64,000 nt of DNA from Terriglobia bacterium (GCA_965223005.1 CBDCVK010000010.1:384001-448000); one strand, 5' to 3'; positions 52,087-62,235 are shown, counted from the stretch's first letter. Numbers and translations are program-made. The notes: a model not told the origin generated them from the letters alone.

Positions 52087-53970
52087 ATGAGCGGCCACCA
52101 CGAAGAAGAAGTCCTGGGCAAGGCGTACGACGCGCGCCTGATGAAGCGCCTGCTGCACTACCTGCGCCCCTACGTCTTCCTGGCGGCGCTGGCGCTGTTT
52201 GGCATCTTGGCGCACGCCGTCTTGCAGGCGGTGGGGCCCTTTCTAACGAAGGTGGCGGTGGACCGCTACCTGACCGAGTCGTCCGCCCAGCGCCTCACCT
52301 TTCTGGACGCCTACCTGAGCCCTGACACCTTCCGTGGCCTCACCCAGATTGCCATCCTCTACATTCTGGTTCTGGTGAGCTCCTTCGCCGTCGAGTTCTT
52401 GCAGACCTACACGATGCAACTGGCCGGACAGAAGGCGATGTTTGACCTGCGAATGCAGATTTTCGGCCACCTGCAGCGGCTGCACGTGGGCTTCTTTGAC
52501 CGCAATCCGGTCGGGCGGCTGGTGACCCGGCTGACGACCGACATTGACGCGCTCAACGAAATGTTCGCCTCAGGTGTGATCGCCATCTTCGGCGACTTCT
52601 TCACGCTGACGGCGATCATGGTGGTCATGCTGTGGCTGAATGTGCCACTGGCGCTGGTCACCTTCGCCGTGCTGCCCCTGATCGCGCTGGCCACCGCGCT
52701 GTTTCGCAAGCGGGTGCGTGATTCCTACCGGCGGATCCGCACCGCCATCGCGCGCATCAATGCGTATCTGCAGGAACACATCAGCGGCATGGCCGTGGTG
52801 CAACTGTCTAACCGGGAGGAGAAAAGCTTCCGGGAATTCGAGACAGTCAACCGGCGACACATGGGGGCTTTCAAGGACGCGATCTTCGCCCACGCCCTGT
52901 TCTACCCGACGGCGGAAATCCTGAGCGCCGTGGCCATCGGACTAGTTCTGTGGTACGGCGGGCTGCGAGTGTTGGACGAGACGCTGACGGTGGGGGTGGT
53001 GGTGGCGTTCATCCAATATGCGCAGCGCTTCTACCGGCCGATCATGGATTTGAGCGAGAAGTACAACATCCTGCAAGGGGCCATGGCCAGCGCCGAGCGC
53101 GTCTTTAAATTGCTGGATACCCCGGTGGAGGTGACCTCGCCGGTCACTCCTGTCCGCCTGGACCAGGTACAGGGACGAATTGAGTTCCGTAACGTCTGGT
53201 TTGCCTACCGAGGCGCGCCCAGCCGGCGATCGGAAAAGGTGCCGACGGGCGACGGCAACCCGCCCGCCGAGCCGGACTGGGTGCTGAAGGATGTTTCCTT
53301 CACCATCGAGCCTGGCGAAACGGTGGCCATTGTCGGGCACACCGGTGCGGGTAAGACCACCCTGAGCAGCCTGCTGCTGCGATTCTATGACGTGCAGCGC
53401 GGCCAGATCCTGCTGGACGGCGTGGATCTTCGCCAGTTGGAGCTGACCGAGCTGCGCCGCCTGTTCGGCGTCGTGCTCCAGGACCCGTTCCTGTTCTCCG
53501 GCACCGTGGAGCGCAACATCCGTCTGGGCAGCGAACATTTGGAGATGGGTGACCTGGAGGAGGCTGCCGAACAGGTGAACTTGGCCGACTTCATCCGCTC
53601 GCTGCCCGCCGGCTTCCACGCGGAGGTCCGCGAGCGTGGGGCGACGCTGTCGACCGGCCAGAAGCAGCTCATCAGCTTCGCCCGCGCGCTGGCGCACCGG
53701 CCGCGCATCCTGGTGCTGGACGAGGCCACCTCCAGCGTGGATACGGGAACCGAATTACGGGTGCGCGAGGCGCTCGGCCGCATGGTGATTGGCCGCACCT
53801 CGATCATCATCGCCCACCGGCTTTCCACCGTGCAGCGCGCCGATCGGATCCTGGTGATGCACAAGGGGCTGCTGCGCGAGTCCGGCACCCACCAGGAGTT
53901 GCTCGCCGTCCGCGGCATCTACTGGAAGCTCTACCAGTTGCAATATAGGGATCAGGAAGTCCGCGCTTGA
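52087..53970 (+). CDS. ABC exporter subunit 2 (MdlB-like, fused TMD-NBD)
   Basis: EEEVLGKAYD, GHTGAGKT, LSTGQKQ, LDEATSSVD, IAHRLST. Confidence 0.93.
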   Translation: MSGHHEEEVLGKAYDARLMKRLLHYLRPYVFLAALALFGILAHAVLQAVGPFLTKVAVDRYLTESSAQRLTFLDAYLSPDTFRGLTQIAILYILVLVSSFAVEFLQTYTMQLAGQKAMFDLRMQIFGHLQRLHVGFFDRNPVGRLVTRLTTDIDALNEMFASGVIAIFGDFFTLTAIMVVMLWLNVPLALVTFAVLPLIALATALFRKRVRDSYRRIRTAIARINAYLQEHISGMAVVQLSNREEKSFREFETVNRRHMGAFKDAIFAHALFYPTAEILSAVAIGLVLWYGGLRVLDETLTVGVVVAFIQYAQRFYRPIMDLSEKYNILQGAMASAERVFKLLDTPVEVTSPVTPVRLDQVQGRIEFRNVWFAYRGAPSRRSEKVPTGDGNPPAEPDWVLKDVSFTIEPGETVAIVGHTGAGKTTLSSLLLRFYDVQRGQILLDGVDLRQLELTELRRLFGVVLQDPFLFSGTVERNIRLGSEHLEMGDLEEAAEQVNLADFIRSLPAGFHAEVRERGATLSTGQKQLISFARALAHRPRILVLDEATSSVDTGTELRVREALGRMVIGRTSIIIAHRLSTVQRADRILVMHKGLLRESGTHQELLAVRGIYWKLYQLQYRDQEVRA

Positions 53971-54065
53971 CGGGCTGCTTCCTCACCTTTGGCCAATGGC
54001 GGGCTCATCTGATAGTGCATACTTGCGTCGGCAGCGTTTCCGTTGCATACTAAAGCAGGTTAATA

Positions 54066-54551
54066 ATGGCCGAGAAGCTCACCAACGGCTTCCGCCTCTT
54101 GGAGTGGCTGCGGAAGATTTTCATGGTGGACCTGCTGAAAGGTCTGGCGGTCACCTTCCGATACCAACACCCAAAGAACATCTACACCGAGGAGTATCCG
54201 AAGGTCCGGCCGGAGGTGGCCGAGCGCTATCGCGGAGCGCCGCGGCTGAACATCAGCCCGGAGAATGGCGAGACGCTGTGCATTGCCTGCGACCTGTGCG
54301 CGCTGGCCTGCCCGGAGAACCTGATCGTAGTGGGCTGGCATCGCGAGGGTGGCAAGGGACGCAAGCTGCTGACCACCTTCATCTACGACACCTCCCGCTG
54401 CATGTTCTGCGGCCTCTGCGAAGACGCCTGCCCAACCGATGCGCTGGAATTGACCCAGGACTTTGAGCTGGCCAACTACACCCGCGAGGGCGCTATCTGG
54501 GACCGTCAGATACTAGAGGAAGGTCCGCGCCCGACCCAGTACACCCGCTGA
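54066..54551 (+). CDS. nuoI: NADH-quinone oxidoreductase subunit I (2x[4Fe-4S])
   Basis: YRGAPRL, CIACDLCALACP, CMFCGLCEDACPTDALELT.DFE. Confidence 0.9.
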   Translation: MAEKLTNGFRLLEWLRKIFMVDLLKGLAVTFRYQHPKNIYTEEYPKVRPEVAERYRGAPRLNISPENGETLCIACDLCALACPENLIVVGWHREGGKGRKLLTTFIYDTSRCMFCGLCEDACPTDALELTQDFELANYTREGAIWDRQILEEGPRPTQYTR

Positions 54552-54660
54552 AGCCTGCCCGCGCGGCTACCAGACCCAATTTTTTCGCTGCAAGGCAGGC
54601 AGAATTTAGGCTCTTGCGCGCGGGGGGCCGAGCAGTCAGCCCTGCCACAATTTACGGGAG

Positions 54661-54957
54661 GTGCTCTTGGTTCGCCACGTTGTGTTTTTCAAGTTCAAAG
54701 CGGATGTGAACGAAGCCGATCGGGCCGACGTCGTCGCCCGCCTGAAAGCGCTGCCGGAACGGGTTCCGGGAATTCTCAAACCGGAGGTTGGGGAAGACTT
54801 CATAAAGTCGCCGCGATCCTATGACGTCGCGCTCGTGTTTGGCTTCGAGGACCGAGCGGCGATGGACCGCTACCAGAAGCACCCCAACCATGTGTCGGTG
54901 GGCGAGCGGATCCGGCCATGCTGCGAATCCGTAGTGGCCGTCGACTACGAGATCTAG
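54661..54957 (+). CDS. Dabb-family (stress-responsive A/B barrel) protein
   Basis: VRHVVFFKFK, L..IP-like LPERVPGI, Y..HP.H, VDYE; GGGAGG RBS. Confidence 0.88.
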   Translation: MLLVRHVVFFKFKADVNEADRADVVARLKALPERVPGILKPEVGEDFIKSPRSYDVALVFGFEDRAAMDRYQKHPNHVSVGERIRPCCESVVAVDYEI

Positions 54958-55163
54958 CCGCAATTCTCCATCGCGTTGCGACCACCGCCTTCGAGGCGCC
55001 AATCAAGCGCAAACGCACCCGCTGGGCGCTGCGCAGTTCCTTTGCGTCCTGGCAGTTGGAAGATTCTGAGCCGCGAACGTCAGCGAAAGGTCCACCAGCG
55101 GGCAGGCGATTCCTCATCGGGGCGGTGGACGAGGCAGCGAAAACATGCTTTGATAGCGCCCGC

Positions 55164-56648
55164 ATGCCCTACGTCCTGGCACTGGATGAAGGTACGACCA
55201 CCACGCGGGCGATTCTATTTGACGAGCAGGGAGCCCAGCGAGCCATAGCCAGCCGGCCCATCCAGTGCCGGTATCCCCGCGAAGGTTGGGTCGAGCAGGA
55301 CGCCGAGCAAATCTGGGAGACGCAGCTAGAAGCCGCCCGCCAGGCGCTGGCCAGCGCCGGGGTCCAAGCGCGCGAGGTGGCCGCGCTGGGCATTAGCAAC
55401 CAGCGCGAGACCACTTTGCTTTGGGAACGCAAGAGCGGGCGCGCGGTGACCCCCGCCATTGTCTGGCAGGATCGCCGCACCGCTGACTTGTGCGAGCAAC
55501 TGCGGCGCGATGGACTGGAGGCGGAACTTACCCAGCGGAGCGGCCTGCTGGCCGACCCCTATTTCTCCGGCACCAAGCTACGATGGCTGCTGGACTCAGG
55601 ATCCGGCCTGCGTCAACGCGCGGTGGCCGGGGATCTGCTGTTCGGCACGGTGGACTCCTGGCTGCTCTACAAGCTGACCAAGGGGCGCCTGCACGTCACC
55701 GATGCCTCGAACGCCTCACGCACCCTGCTGTTTAACCTCAAGGAGCGCCGCTGGGACGAACGCCTGCTGGACATGCTCAAGGTGCCCGCCGAAGTACTGC
55801 CCTCGGTGCGCGGCTCCTCGGAGGTGTACGGGGAAAGCGATCCTGAATGGTTTGGAGGCCCCATTCCCATCGCCGGCATTGGCGGCGATCAGCAAACGGC
55901 GCTGTTCGGTCAGGCTTGCTTCCGGCCCGGCATGGCAAAAAACACCTACGGCACCGGCACGTTCCTGCTGCTGCACACTGGCAGCCAGCCGGTGCCGTCC
56001 CGCCACCGGCTGGTTTCCACCGTGGCCTGCGCTCCGGCAGGCCAGCGTGCCTATGCATTGGAAGGCAGCGTGTTTATGGCGGGCGCGGCACTGGATTGGA
56101 TGCGCGACACGCTGCGGCTGTTTCCCGACGCGGCTGCCAGCGTGGAGCTGGCGCAGTCAGTCGCCTCCAGCGGTGGCGTCTACGTGGTGCCGGCGTTTGT
56201 GGGTCTGGGCGCGCCTTACTGGGACCCGCACGCTCGCGGGGCCATCCTGGGCCTTTCGCGCGGCACCACCGCCGCCCACATCGCACGCGCCACGCTGGAA
56301 TCGATCGCCTATCAGACCCGGGACCTCGTAGAGGCCATGCAGCGCGACGCGCAGGTCGAAATCCGCGAATTGCGGGTGGATGGCGCCGCAGCCCGCAACG
56401 ACTTCCTGCTCCAATTTCAGGCTGACCTGTTGGGCGCCCGCGTCGTTCGCCCCGCCTACACTGAAACCACCGCGCTGGGCGCCGCCTACCTGGCGGGCCT
56501 GGCAGTGGGCGTCTGGAAAACCACTGACGAACTGGAAACGCTGTGGAAGCGGGAACGCATCTTTGAGCCGCGCCTGGACCCGGCCCGCCGCGAAGAACTC
56601 TACGCCGGCTGGAAGCAAGCCGTCGCCCGCGTGCTTTCCAGCGGTTAG
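55164..56648 (+). CDS. glpK: Glycerol kinase
   Basis: ALDEGTT, NQRETT, WQDRRT, DPYFSGTK, TDASNASRT, GDQQ, KNTYGTG. Confidence 0.95.
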   Translation: MPYVLALDEGTTTTRAILFDEQGAQRAIASRPIQCRYPREGWVEQDAEQIWETQLEAARQALASAGVQAREVAALGISNQRETTLLWERKSGRAVTPAIVWQDRRTADLCEQLRRDGLEAELTQRSGLLADPYFSGTKLRWLLDSGSGLRQRAVAGDLLFGTVDSWLLYKLTKGRLHVTDASNASRTLLFNLKERRWDERLLDMLKVPAEVLPSVRGSSEVYGESDPEWFGGPIPIAGIGGDQQTALFGQACFRPGMAKNTYGTGTFLLLHTGSQPVPSRHRLVSTVACAPAGQRAYALEGSVFMAGAALDWMRDTLRLFPDAAASVELAQSVASSGGVYVVPAFVGLGAPYWDPHARGAILGLSRGTTAAHIARATLESIAYQTRDLVEAMQRDAQVEIRELRVDGAAARNDFLLQFQADLLGARVVRPAYTETTALGAAYLAGLAVGVWKTTDELETLWKRERIFEPRLDPARREELYAGWKQAVARVLSSG

Positions 56649-56692
56649 TGTGAGCCGCTCAGGAAAAAGCCGGTCACGCTATTGGCACGCTA

Positions 56693-57202
56693 TTAACGCC
56701 CGACGCGCCAGGCCAGGATGCCCACCAGCACCAGCTTGATCAGGTCCAGGAAGGTATAAGCGGCATGAAGCTTGCCGAAAGCGGCCATTTGCGGGGGAGG
56801 CGGGCTGCGTGGAACAAAATCCAGGGTGCGTCCGAGGCTGCTGATGGCCGGAGTAATGACGCCCAGCATCACCACTACCAGCACCAGCAGGAGGCCGGCG
56901 AGGGTGAGGTTGGCCGGAGTGCGCGGCGTTTGTCTTAGCAACAGCACTAGCACGGCCGCGCCCAACACCAGTTGCACAGCGCCCCAAAGGCGGAACAACC
57001 AGCGGTTGAACTCCGAAGCCAGGTGTCGGTAGACCGGGCGTCGCGCGGCTTCCGGAACGGAGAGCAGCGTTGGCGCCGCCTCCGGCGTCGGTCGGCTGAG
57101 CACGCGGTCCACGTTACGGAAGCTGACCGTAGCCACCAGCCAGATCAGCAACGTGCCACCCATCCAGGCCCCTAGAAGCAACAGGATCGGTTTGGTCGGC
57201 AC
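56693..57202 (-). CDS. DUF4149-like membrane protein
   Basis: Four TM segments, C-terminal F.KLH motif. Confidence 0.7.
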   Translation of the reverse strand: MPTKPILLLLGAWMGGTLLIWLVATVSFRNVDRVLSRPTPEAAPTLLSVPEAARRPVYRHLASEFNRWLFRLWGAVQLVLGAAVLVLLLRQTPRTPANLTLAGLLLVLVVVMLGVITPAISSLGRTLDFVPRSPPPPQMAAFGKLHAAYTFLDLIKLVLVGILAWRVGR

Positions 57203-57226
57203 CTGCGTTTTCCCGGCCCAAGCGGC

Positions 57227-57745
57227 TCAGAAGAATAAGTACTTCCGCCAGGCGGCGTCGGACCTGCCCATCTGGCGCATCAGATGGCGGCTGGTATGCA
57301 GAGTGAAGGAGCGTGGGCGGCCGATGAGCCTCATGGCCGCTTCCTCCGGCAGGCGGTCACCTTTCTGGTTGTTGCAGGGATGGCAGCAGGCCACCAGATT
57401 CTCCCAACTGGAATCGCCGCCCCGCGAGCGCGGAACAATGTGGTCCAGCGTCAATTCTGAGGCCGGAAAGGCCCCGCTGCAGAACTGGCAGGTGTTGCGG
57501 TCCCGCATCAGGATGTTCTTGCGTGACAGAGCCCGGCCCTGGAAAGGGATGCGCCGGTATCCCAATAGACGGATCACGGAGGGCACACGTACCCTGCGCG
57601 ACGGGGAGTGAAAGTAAGCTCGGCTTTCCTCCTCAGCGGAGGCCACGCCTTTCAGGATCAGCACCACGGCCCGGCGAGCGGCACAGACGTTGATGGGCTC
57701 GTAGGTGGCATTGAGAACGAGGACAGGAATGTGCAGCTCGCTCAT
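57227..57745 (-). CDS. HNH endonuclease (McrA-like, VLVLNA.YEP type)
   Basis: [48 protein letters not shown]. Confidence 0.92.
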   Translation of the reverse strand: MSELHIPVLVLNATYEPINVCAARRAVVLILKGVASAEEESRAYFHSPSRRVRVPSVIRLLGYRRIPFQGRALSRKNILMRDRNTCQFCSGAFPASELTLDHIVPRSRGGDSSWENLVACCHPCNNQKGDRLPEEAAMRLIGRPRSFTLHTSRHLMRQMGRSDAAWRKYLFF

Positions 57746-58006
57746 TGAAATGGTTCAACTTTTCGCTTTGGAGTTGGGAAGGCGAAAGGCGAAGGCTGCA
57801 ACCGGCAGGCGTGGATCAGGCCCCGACCAGCGGGGCCTCAGACTTCGGAAATCCAGGACCTGCGTCATGACTCGGCCGTTTCTCCCAGCTTCCTAAGAAT
57901 CATAGCAGGAACGCCCCTTGGCGCTCAAGAGTGGCCGCCAGGAACGTGATGGACATTGGCCGGCCCCTGACGGGGGCGGAGCCCCCTCGTCCCGTTCCCC
58001 AATTAC

Positions 58007-58720
58007 TTATTCGGAGGCCAGCGCGCGGCGGCGATCCTCGGCATAAGCGGCAAGATTTCGGTTGGCGGAGACGATGGTTTCCAGGGCCTCGGCTACACCC
58101 GGCAGGGCGGGACCGGGAATCACCACGTACAACTCATCTTCGCTCAACCCCGTGTATACCCGGTTCCCGATGCAACCCAAACTGGTGACGGCGCCGGCAG
58201 CGGAAAGCGCGGCAGGCAGGGCCATGCACGTGGGCCGTCCCAGCGCCGGCAGCGAAGAGTTCGCACCGGCGCGTGCCGCCGCCTCGCTGAGCAACATGGC
58301 GGCCGCCGGCCGGCAGGCGAACAGGACCACCTGCGGGGCCGTAGGCGCGTCGGCCAGCGGCGAATAGAGGACCGCCGCAGGCGTCCGGGGTAAACGCGGA
58401 ATCCTCGGAATCTCGTCCAGGCTCAGGTAGCCCACCGAGGTCATCAGCCCCAGCGTCTCGTCCAGTTCCCGGGCGCGCTCCGGCGGAAGCTCGACGTTAT
58501 GGGTGTAGCTGCCCACCGCACAGTTGTAGTGGTCCGCCGGAACCGTGTAAAAGGTGCGCCCCTCAGCAGCCAGGCGCCAGAAGCTGCACCCGGAGGGCTC
58601 GCTCCCGCTGAACCTGGGAAGCTGAGTCGGTTCCTCGGGGAGAAAGCTCACTGCCACCGGCCTCCTGGTTAAGCCAAGCTGCTCGCAGAAGCGAAGCTCC
58701 AGTTCTTTTCTGTCACTCAT
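58007..58720 (-). CDS. DUF169-family protein
   Basis: PVAVSF, SGCSFW, CAVG, RPTC, SLGCIGNRVY.GL..DEL. Confidence 0.8.
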   Translation of the reverse strand: MSDRKELELRFCEQLGLTRRPVAVSFLPEEPTQLPRFSGSEPSGCSFWRLAAEGRTFYTVPADHYNCAVGSYTHNVELPPERARELDETLGLMTSVGYLSLDEIPRIPRLPRTPAAVLYSPLADAPTAPQVVLFACRPAAAMLLSEAAARAGANSSLPALGRPTCMALPAALSAAGAVTSLGCIGNRVYTGLSEDELYVVIPGPALPGVAEALETIVSANRNLAAYAEDRRRALASE

Positions 58721-58751
58721 GCTCGTTGCCTCCTACTCCGCCCCCGGTCGC

Positions 58752-59087
58752 TTACGAGCTCAGCGCGTCAATCTTGGCGGCCAGAATGAAATCGCTTTCC
58801 GTCAGCCCGTCAATCTTGTGCGTCCAGATCTTGACCCCCACCTTGCCCCAGGCGAGAAAGATATCCGGGTGATGCCCCTGCTCTTCAGCCAGGTTTCCCA
58901 CCCGATTCACAAACTCCAAGGCGCTTCGGAAATCAGGGAAGCGGAAGGTTTTCTCGAGGTGGTGCTCCTCAACCACGCTCCAGCCGGGCACCTGTCGTTC
59001 GAGCCCCTCCAGTTCCGGCCCTTTGAGCGGCGGGACTCCGCCGCGACACGGTACGCAAGTCTTTGCGGCCAGTTCTGACACGTTCAT
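58752..59087 (-). CDS. phhB: Pterin-4-alpha-carbinolamine dehydratase
   Basis: CVPCRGG, AEEQGHHPDI, WTHKIDGLTESDFILAAKID. Confidence 0.93.
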   Translation of the reverse strand: MNVSELAAKTCVPCRGGVPPLKGPELEGLERQVPGWSVVEEHHLEKTFRFPDFRSALEFVNRVGNLAEEQGHHPDIFLAWGKVGVKIWTHKIDGLTESDFILAAKIDALSS

Positions 59088-59254
59088 CCTCCTCTCCTGA
59101 ATACCAAGAATACCACGAAACGACAAAGGGGAAACGATGTGGCGCCCGGTCCCGATCTATGCTAGCTTGGAGTGGGCGTCCGGTCCCCTGGCCGCCACGG
59201 AAATACTGATTTCCGGAACCCTCAGGAAAGGCCGCAGCGAATAGCACACAGCCA

Positions 59255-59533
59255 ATGGCACACAAAGTAAAGTGCGTTAAGTTTCAGAAAGAGCTCCCCG
59301 GGTTAGACGCCCCGCCCTGGAGCGGCGAACTGGGGCAGCGGGTCTACGACAATGTCTCGCAGGATGCCTGGAAGCTGTGGCTGGAACACCTGAAGATGGT
59401 CATCAATGAATACCGGCTCTTCCCGGCCGATCCGGAAGCGCAGAAGCTCATCGAGGGGCAGATGGAGCAATTCTTTTTTGGCGAAGGAGCCGCCCTCCCA
59501 CCCGGTTACGTTCCACCCCAGGCCAAGAGCTGA
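59255..59533 (+). CDS. yggX: Fe(II)-trafficking / oxidative damage protection protein YggX
   Basis: V.CVK...GL..PP..GELG.R....VS..AW..W......INEYRL. Confidence 0.9.
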   Translation: MAHKVKCVKFQKELPGLDAPPWSGELGQRVYDNVSQDAWKLWLEHLKMVINEYRLFPADPEAQKLIEGQMEQFFFGEGAALPPGYVPPQAKS

Positions 59534-59544
59534 GAAAGCAGCGC

Positions 59545-60810
59545 TTAGACAACTGCCAGCATCGGCGAGATCCGGAAGTGCAGGCGTCGGTGCGCTTCGC
59601 GCAACGCCTCCTCCACGGCCGCGGGCGAGGAAGCGCGGGCAAACAGGAAGCCCGGATAGCTGGCGCCCTCCGGCCAAGGCACCAGCTTCTGGTGCAGCTT
59701 GGCGGTAACGTGGACCTCTTCGACGCCTGGCACCCGCAAGGCGTCTTCCACTCCTTCCACTTCCTCGAAGACCCCGGCGCCGGGGATGGGAATCATCATG
59801 ACCCCTGCCGCTGCGCTTTCTCGGGCAATTCCGTCGAGCGACTCGCCCCGGGCGTTGCGGATAACCAGCTCCTCCAGCGACATCCCCGCACCGAAGCGGA
59901 GGGCGCGCGAGCAAAGGCCGCCGATGGGCCGCGCAGCCAAATCCAACACCCAAGGACCGCGGTCATTCAAGCGGAACTCGGCGTGCACAGGGCCGTGGAA
60001 CAGCCCCAGGGCGCGCACTGCGCGCTCCAAACACCCGGTCAGGGCTGCCTGCTCGCTCACCGGCAGTCGCGACGGGGTCACATAAATTGTCTCTTCGAAG
60101 TAGGGACCTTCCAACGGGTCAGGCTTGTCGAAGATGGCCAGAACCCGCAGCCTGCCCCGCCACATGAGCCCTTCCACCGCAAATTCGGACCCGGGAACAA
60201 ACTCCTCCACCAGAATCTGCTCGGTCTCAGCCTCCTTCTTCACCTGGATTTCGGGGCTAGCCAGCAGCGCGGCGATGCGGTGGAAAGCGGCCGCGAATTG
60301 CTCCGGGTTGTCAGCGCGAATGACGCCCCGGCTGGCGGCTAGCGACACAGGCTTCAGCACGCAGGGGAACGGGACGCAGGACACGCTCCCACCGTCGGCC
60401 GGAGGCGGCCCCTCGCGACAGGAATAGCAGGCATAGGCAGGCACGTTCAGCCCCGCTTCCTCGAACCGCTGCCGGGCAAGGAACTTGTTGTGGCAGGCTT
60501 CGGCCCCCTCGGGGCTGTGCCAGGTGATTCCCAGCGCGCGGCAGGCTACCGCAGCCGTCACTGTGGGCTTGTCGCCAACCGCCGCCATAGCCTGGATGGG
60601 ATGCTCGCGAGCGTAGCGGCAAATCTCATCGGCCGAGTGCGCAGGATCTTCAAAGTGCAGTGGCAGCGCAGCGTCCTGCCAGGGGTCTTCCAGCACGTGG
60701 CAGCGGTCGGTGCCCAACACCATCTCCAGTCCTAAGCCACGGGCCACTTCGGCAAACGCTTGCGTCTGGTAGCCGGTGGTGGTGGCGAGAAGAAGGAGCC
60801 TGGGCGTCAT
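59545..60810 (-). CDS. ATP-grasp domain protein (L-amino-acid-ligase-like)
   Basis: NKFLAR, PCVLKP..LAASRGV, LVEEFVPG.E..VEG, GPVHAEFR, AARPIGG. Confidence 0.88.
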   Translation of the reverse strand: MTPRLLLLATTTGYQTQAFAEVARGLGLEMVLGTDRCHVLEDPWQDAALPLHFEDPAHSADEICRYAREHPIQAMAAVGDKPTVTAAVACRALGITWHSPEGAEACHNKFLARQRFEEAGLNVPAYACYSCREGPPPADGGSVSCVPFPCVLKPVSLAASRGVIRADNPEQFAAAFHRIAALLASPEIQVKKEAETEQILVEEFVPGSEFAVEGLMWRGRLRVLAIFDKPDPLEGPYFEETIYVTPSRLPVSEQAALTGCLERAVRALGLFHGPVHAEFRLNDRGPWVLDLAARPIGGLCSRALRFGAGMSLEELVIRNARGESLDGIARESAAAGVMMIPIPGAGVFEEVEGVEDALRVPGVEEVHVTAKLHQKLVPWPEGASYPGFLFARASSPAAVEEALREAHRRLHFRISPMLAVV

Positions 60811-60834
60811 TGCTTGCTTCTTACAGGGCTTGCT

Positions 60835-62235
60835 TCATACAAGAGCAAACTGCTCTTCGGTGGGTTCGGCTCAACAGTACCAGGGCTCGTTCAGGTAGGG
60901 CACGGTAGTACGCTGATAGGGATCGGGAACTCGCAGCGGCTGCGTAGAAATGCCTGCCGCATCGTGAGCCAGCTCCCAGACTTGGGAGAAAATCGCCCGC
61001 CGCGAGTGGCCCTCCTTTTCGGCCTGCCAGACCCGTCGTTGGACTTGCTCACACAAGCGGGCCACACGTGGGTCGGGATGCTTCCAGCGGTAACTCAACG
61101 CGGCCTCGTCGAAGCCCCCAGCGACGAGATGCCGCACCTCCTCCAGTTCCAGCAGCCGTGAACCGGTGGGGATCAGCAGCCGGATGGCGAGCTGGACGGG
61201 CGCCACCTGCTCGACCAGCTTCAGCTCGTCCAGTACCGCCAGCAGGTCGCAGTAGCCCCGCAGCGTGATCCACGGCGTAAAGGCGACAAAGGTCGGCGCC
61301 AGCACAAGGCCGGTGCGCCGGCATAGCTCCACGACGTCGTACAAATCGGCGCGGGTGTGCCCCTTGTCCAGCAGCTGCAATACGCGATCGTCCACCGATT
61401 CCACGGCGCTGGTAACAAACTGGCAGCCGGTTTCGGCCAGCACCGGCAGCGCGGCGGCGTGCTTCCGCAGGTGCTCCACCTTGGCGGTCACATCGTAGGT
61501 AAGCCGGGGAAACTCATGGTGCAGAGTTCGCACAATTTCCAGCGAATGCCTGACGCCGTTTAGGAAATCGGGGTCGCCGAAGGTGATGTGTTCGGCGCCC
61601 GCCGCGACCTGGCGGCGAATGTCCTCCAACACCACGTCCCGTTGCACCACCCGGAAGGCGCCGTTGTAGACCGGAACAACGGGGCAGTGGCGACAAAGGT
61701 GCTTGCAGCCGCGAGTGGCTTCGGTGTAGCCGACCGTACGCAGCTGCCCCTGGCCGTCGGTTAGCTGCGCGTAGGAGGACAACTCGGGCAGGCCGCTGCG
61801 GTCCGGCACGAGGAAAGTTTGGCGCGATAGCGAAACTAGCGGCTCTTTCTGCACACCCCGTCCGTCCGGCAGTTGCTCGAGCACGCGCACCAGGCCCCCT
61901 TCGAACTCACCCCCCAGAATCGTTTCAGCGCCCAGACCACGCAGGTAGCTTTCGTTGAGCGGCGCGTAGAGGCCGTAGAAGCAGAGGTGGGCGCGAGGGT
62001 TGAGGCGGCGAACAGTTTCCGCACCCCGCGCCGCTATGCGCGTCGCAGTGTGCATCGGCACGTAGAACGCCACCAGATTGGCCGAACGAACCGGCTCTTC
62101 CTGCAGCTTCTCCCGGGAAAGGTCCAGGCAGGTGACCGAAGCCCCGGCCTGTCGCAGCCAGGCAGCGGGCGAAGCCAGCCCGAAGGGCTGGCGCCCCAGC
62201 TCGTAGGTCGAAATGAGAACGACTTCCGGACTCAT
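60835..62235 (-). CDS. CUAEP-tail radical SAM selenoprotein with B12-binding-like N-terminal domain; UGA at 60871-60873 read as Sec
   Basis: GCKHLCRHCP (CxxxCxxC), ITFGDPDF; 3' end reads YLNEPWYC-TGA-AEPTEEQFALV-TGA. Start placed at MSPEVVLISTYELG. Confidence 0.88.
60841..60857 (-). promoter_or_regulatory. Candidate bacterial SECIS hairpin
   Basis: mRNA: UGA + 13 nt + AAGAGCA-GUU-UGCUCUU, a perfect 7-bp stem with G first in the loop. Confidence 0.7.

Noticed and set aside
57227-57745. HNH gene as a mobile element or defence nuclease
   Set aside because: No intron, IS ends, methyltransferase or other defence genes nearby; it resembles a widespread stand-alone chromosomal HNH type.
59165-59250. 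Possible SRP RNA or riboswitch before yggX (TCAGG...GCAGC and a GGAAAT/ATTTCC hairpin)
   Set aside because: It lacks the SRP helix-8 stem with its GNRA loop and matches no riboswitch consensus I can recognise.
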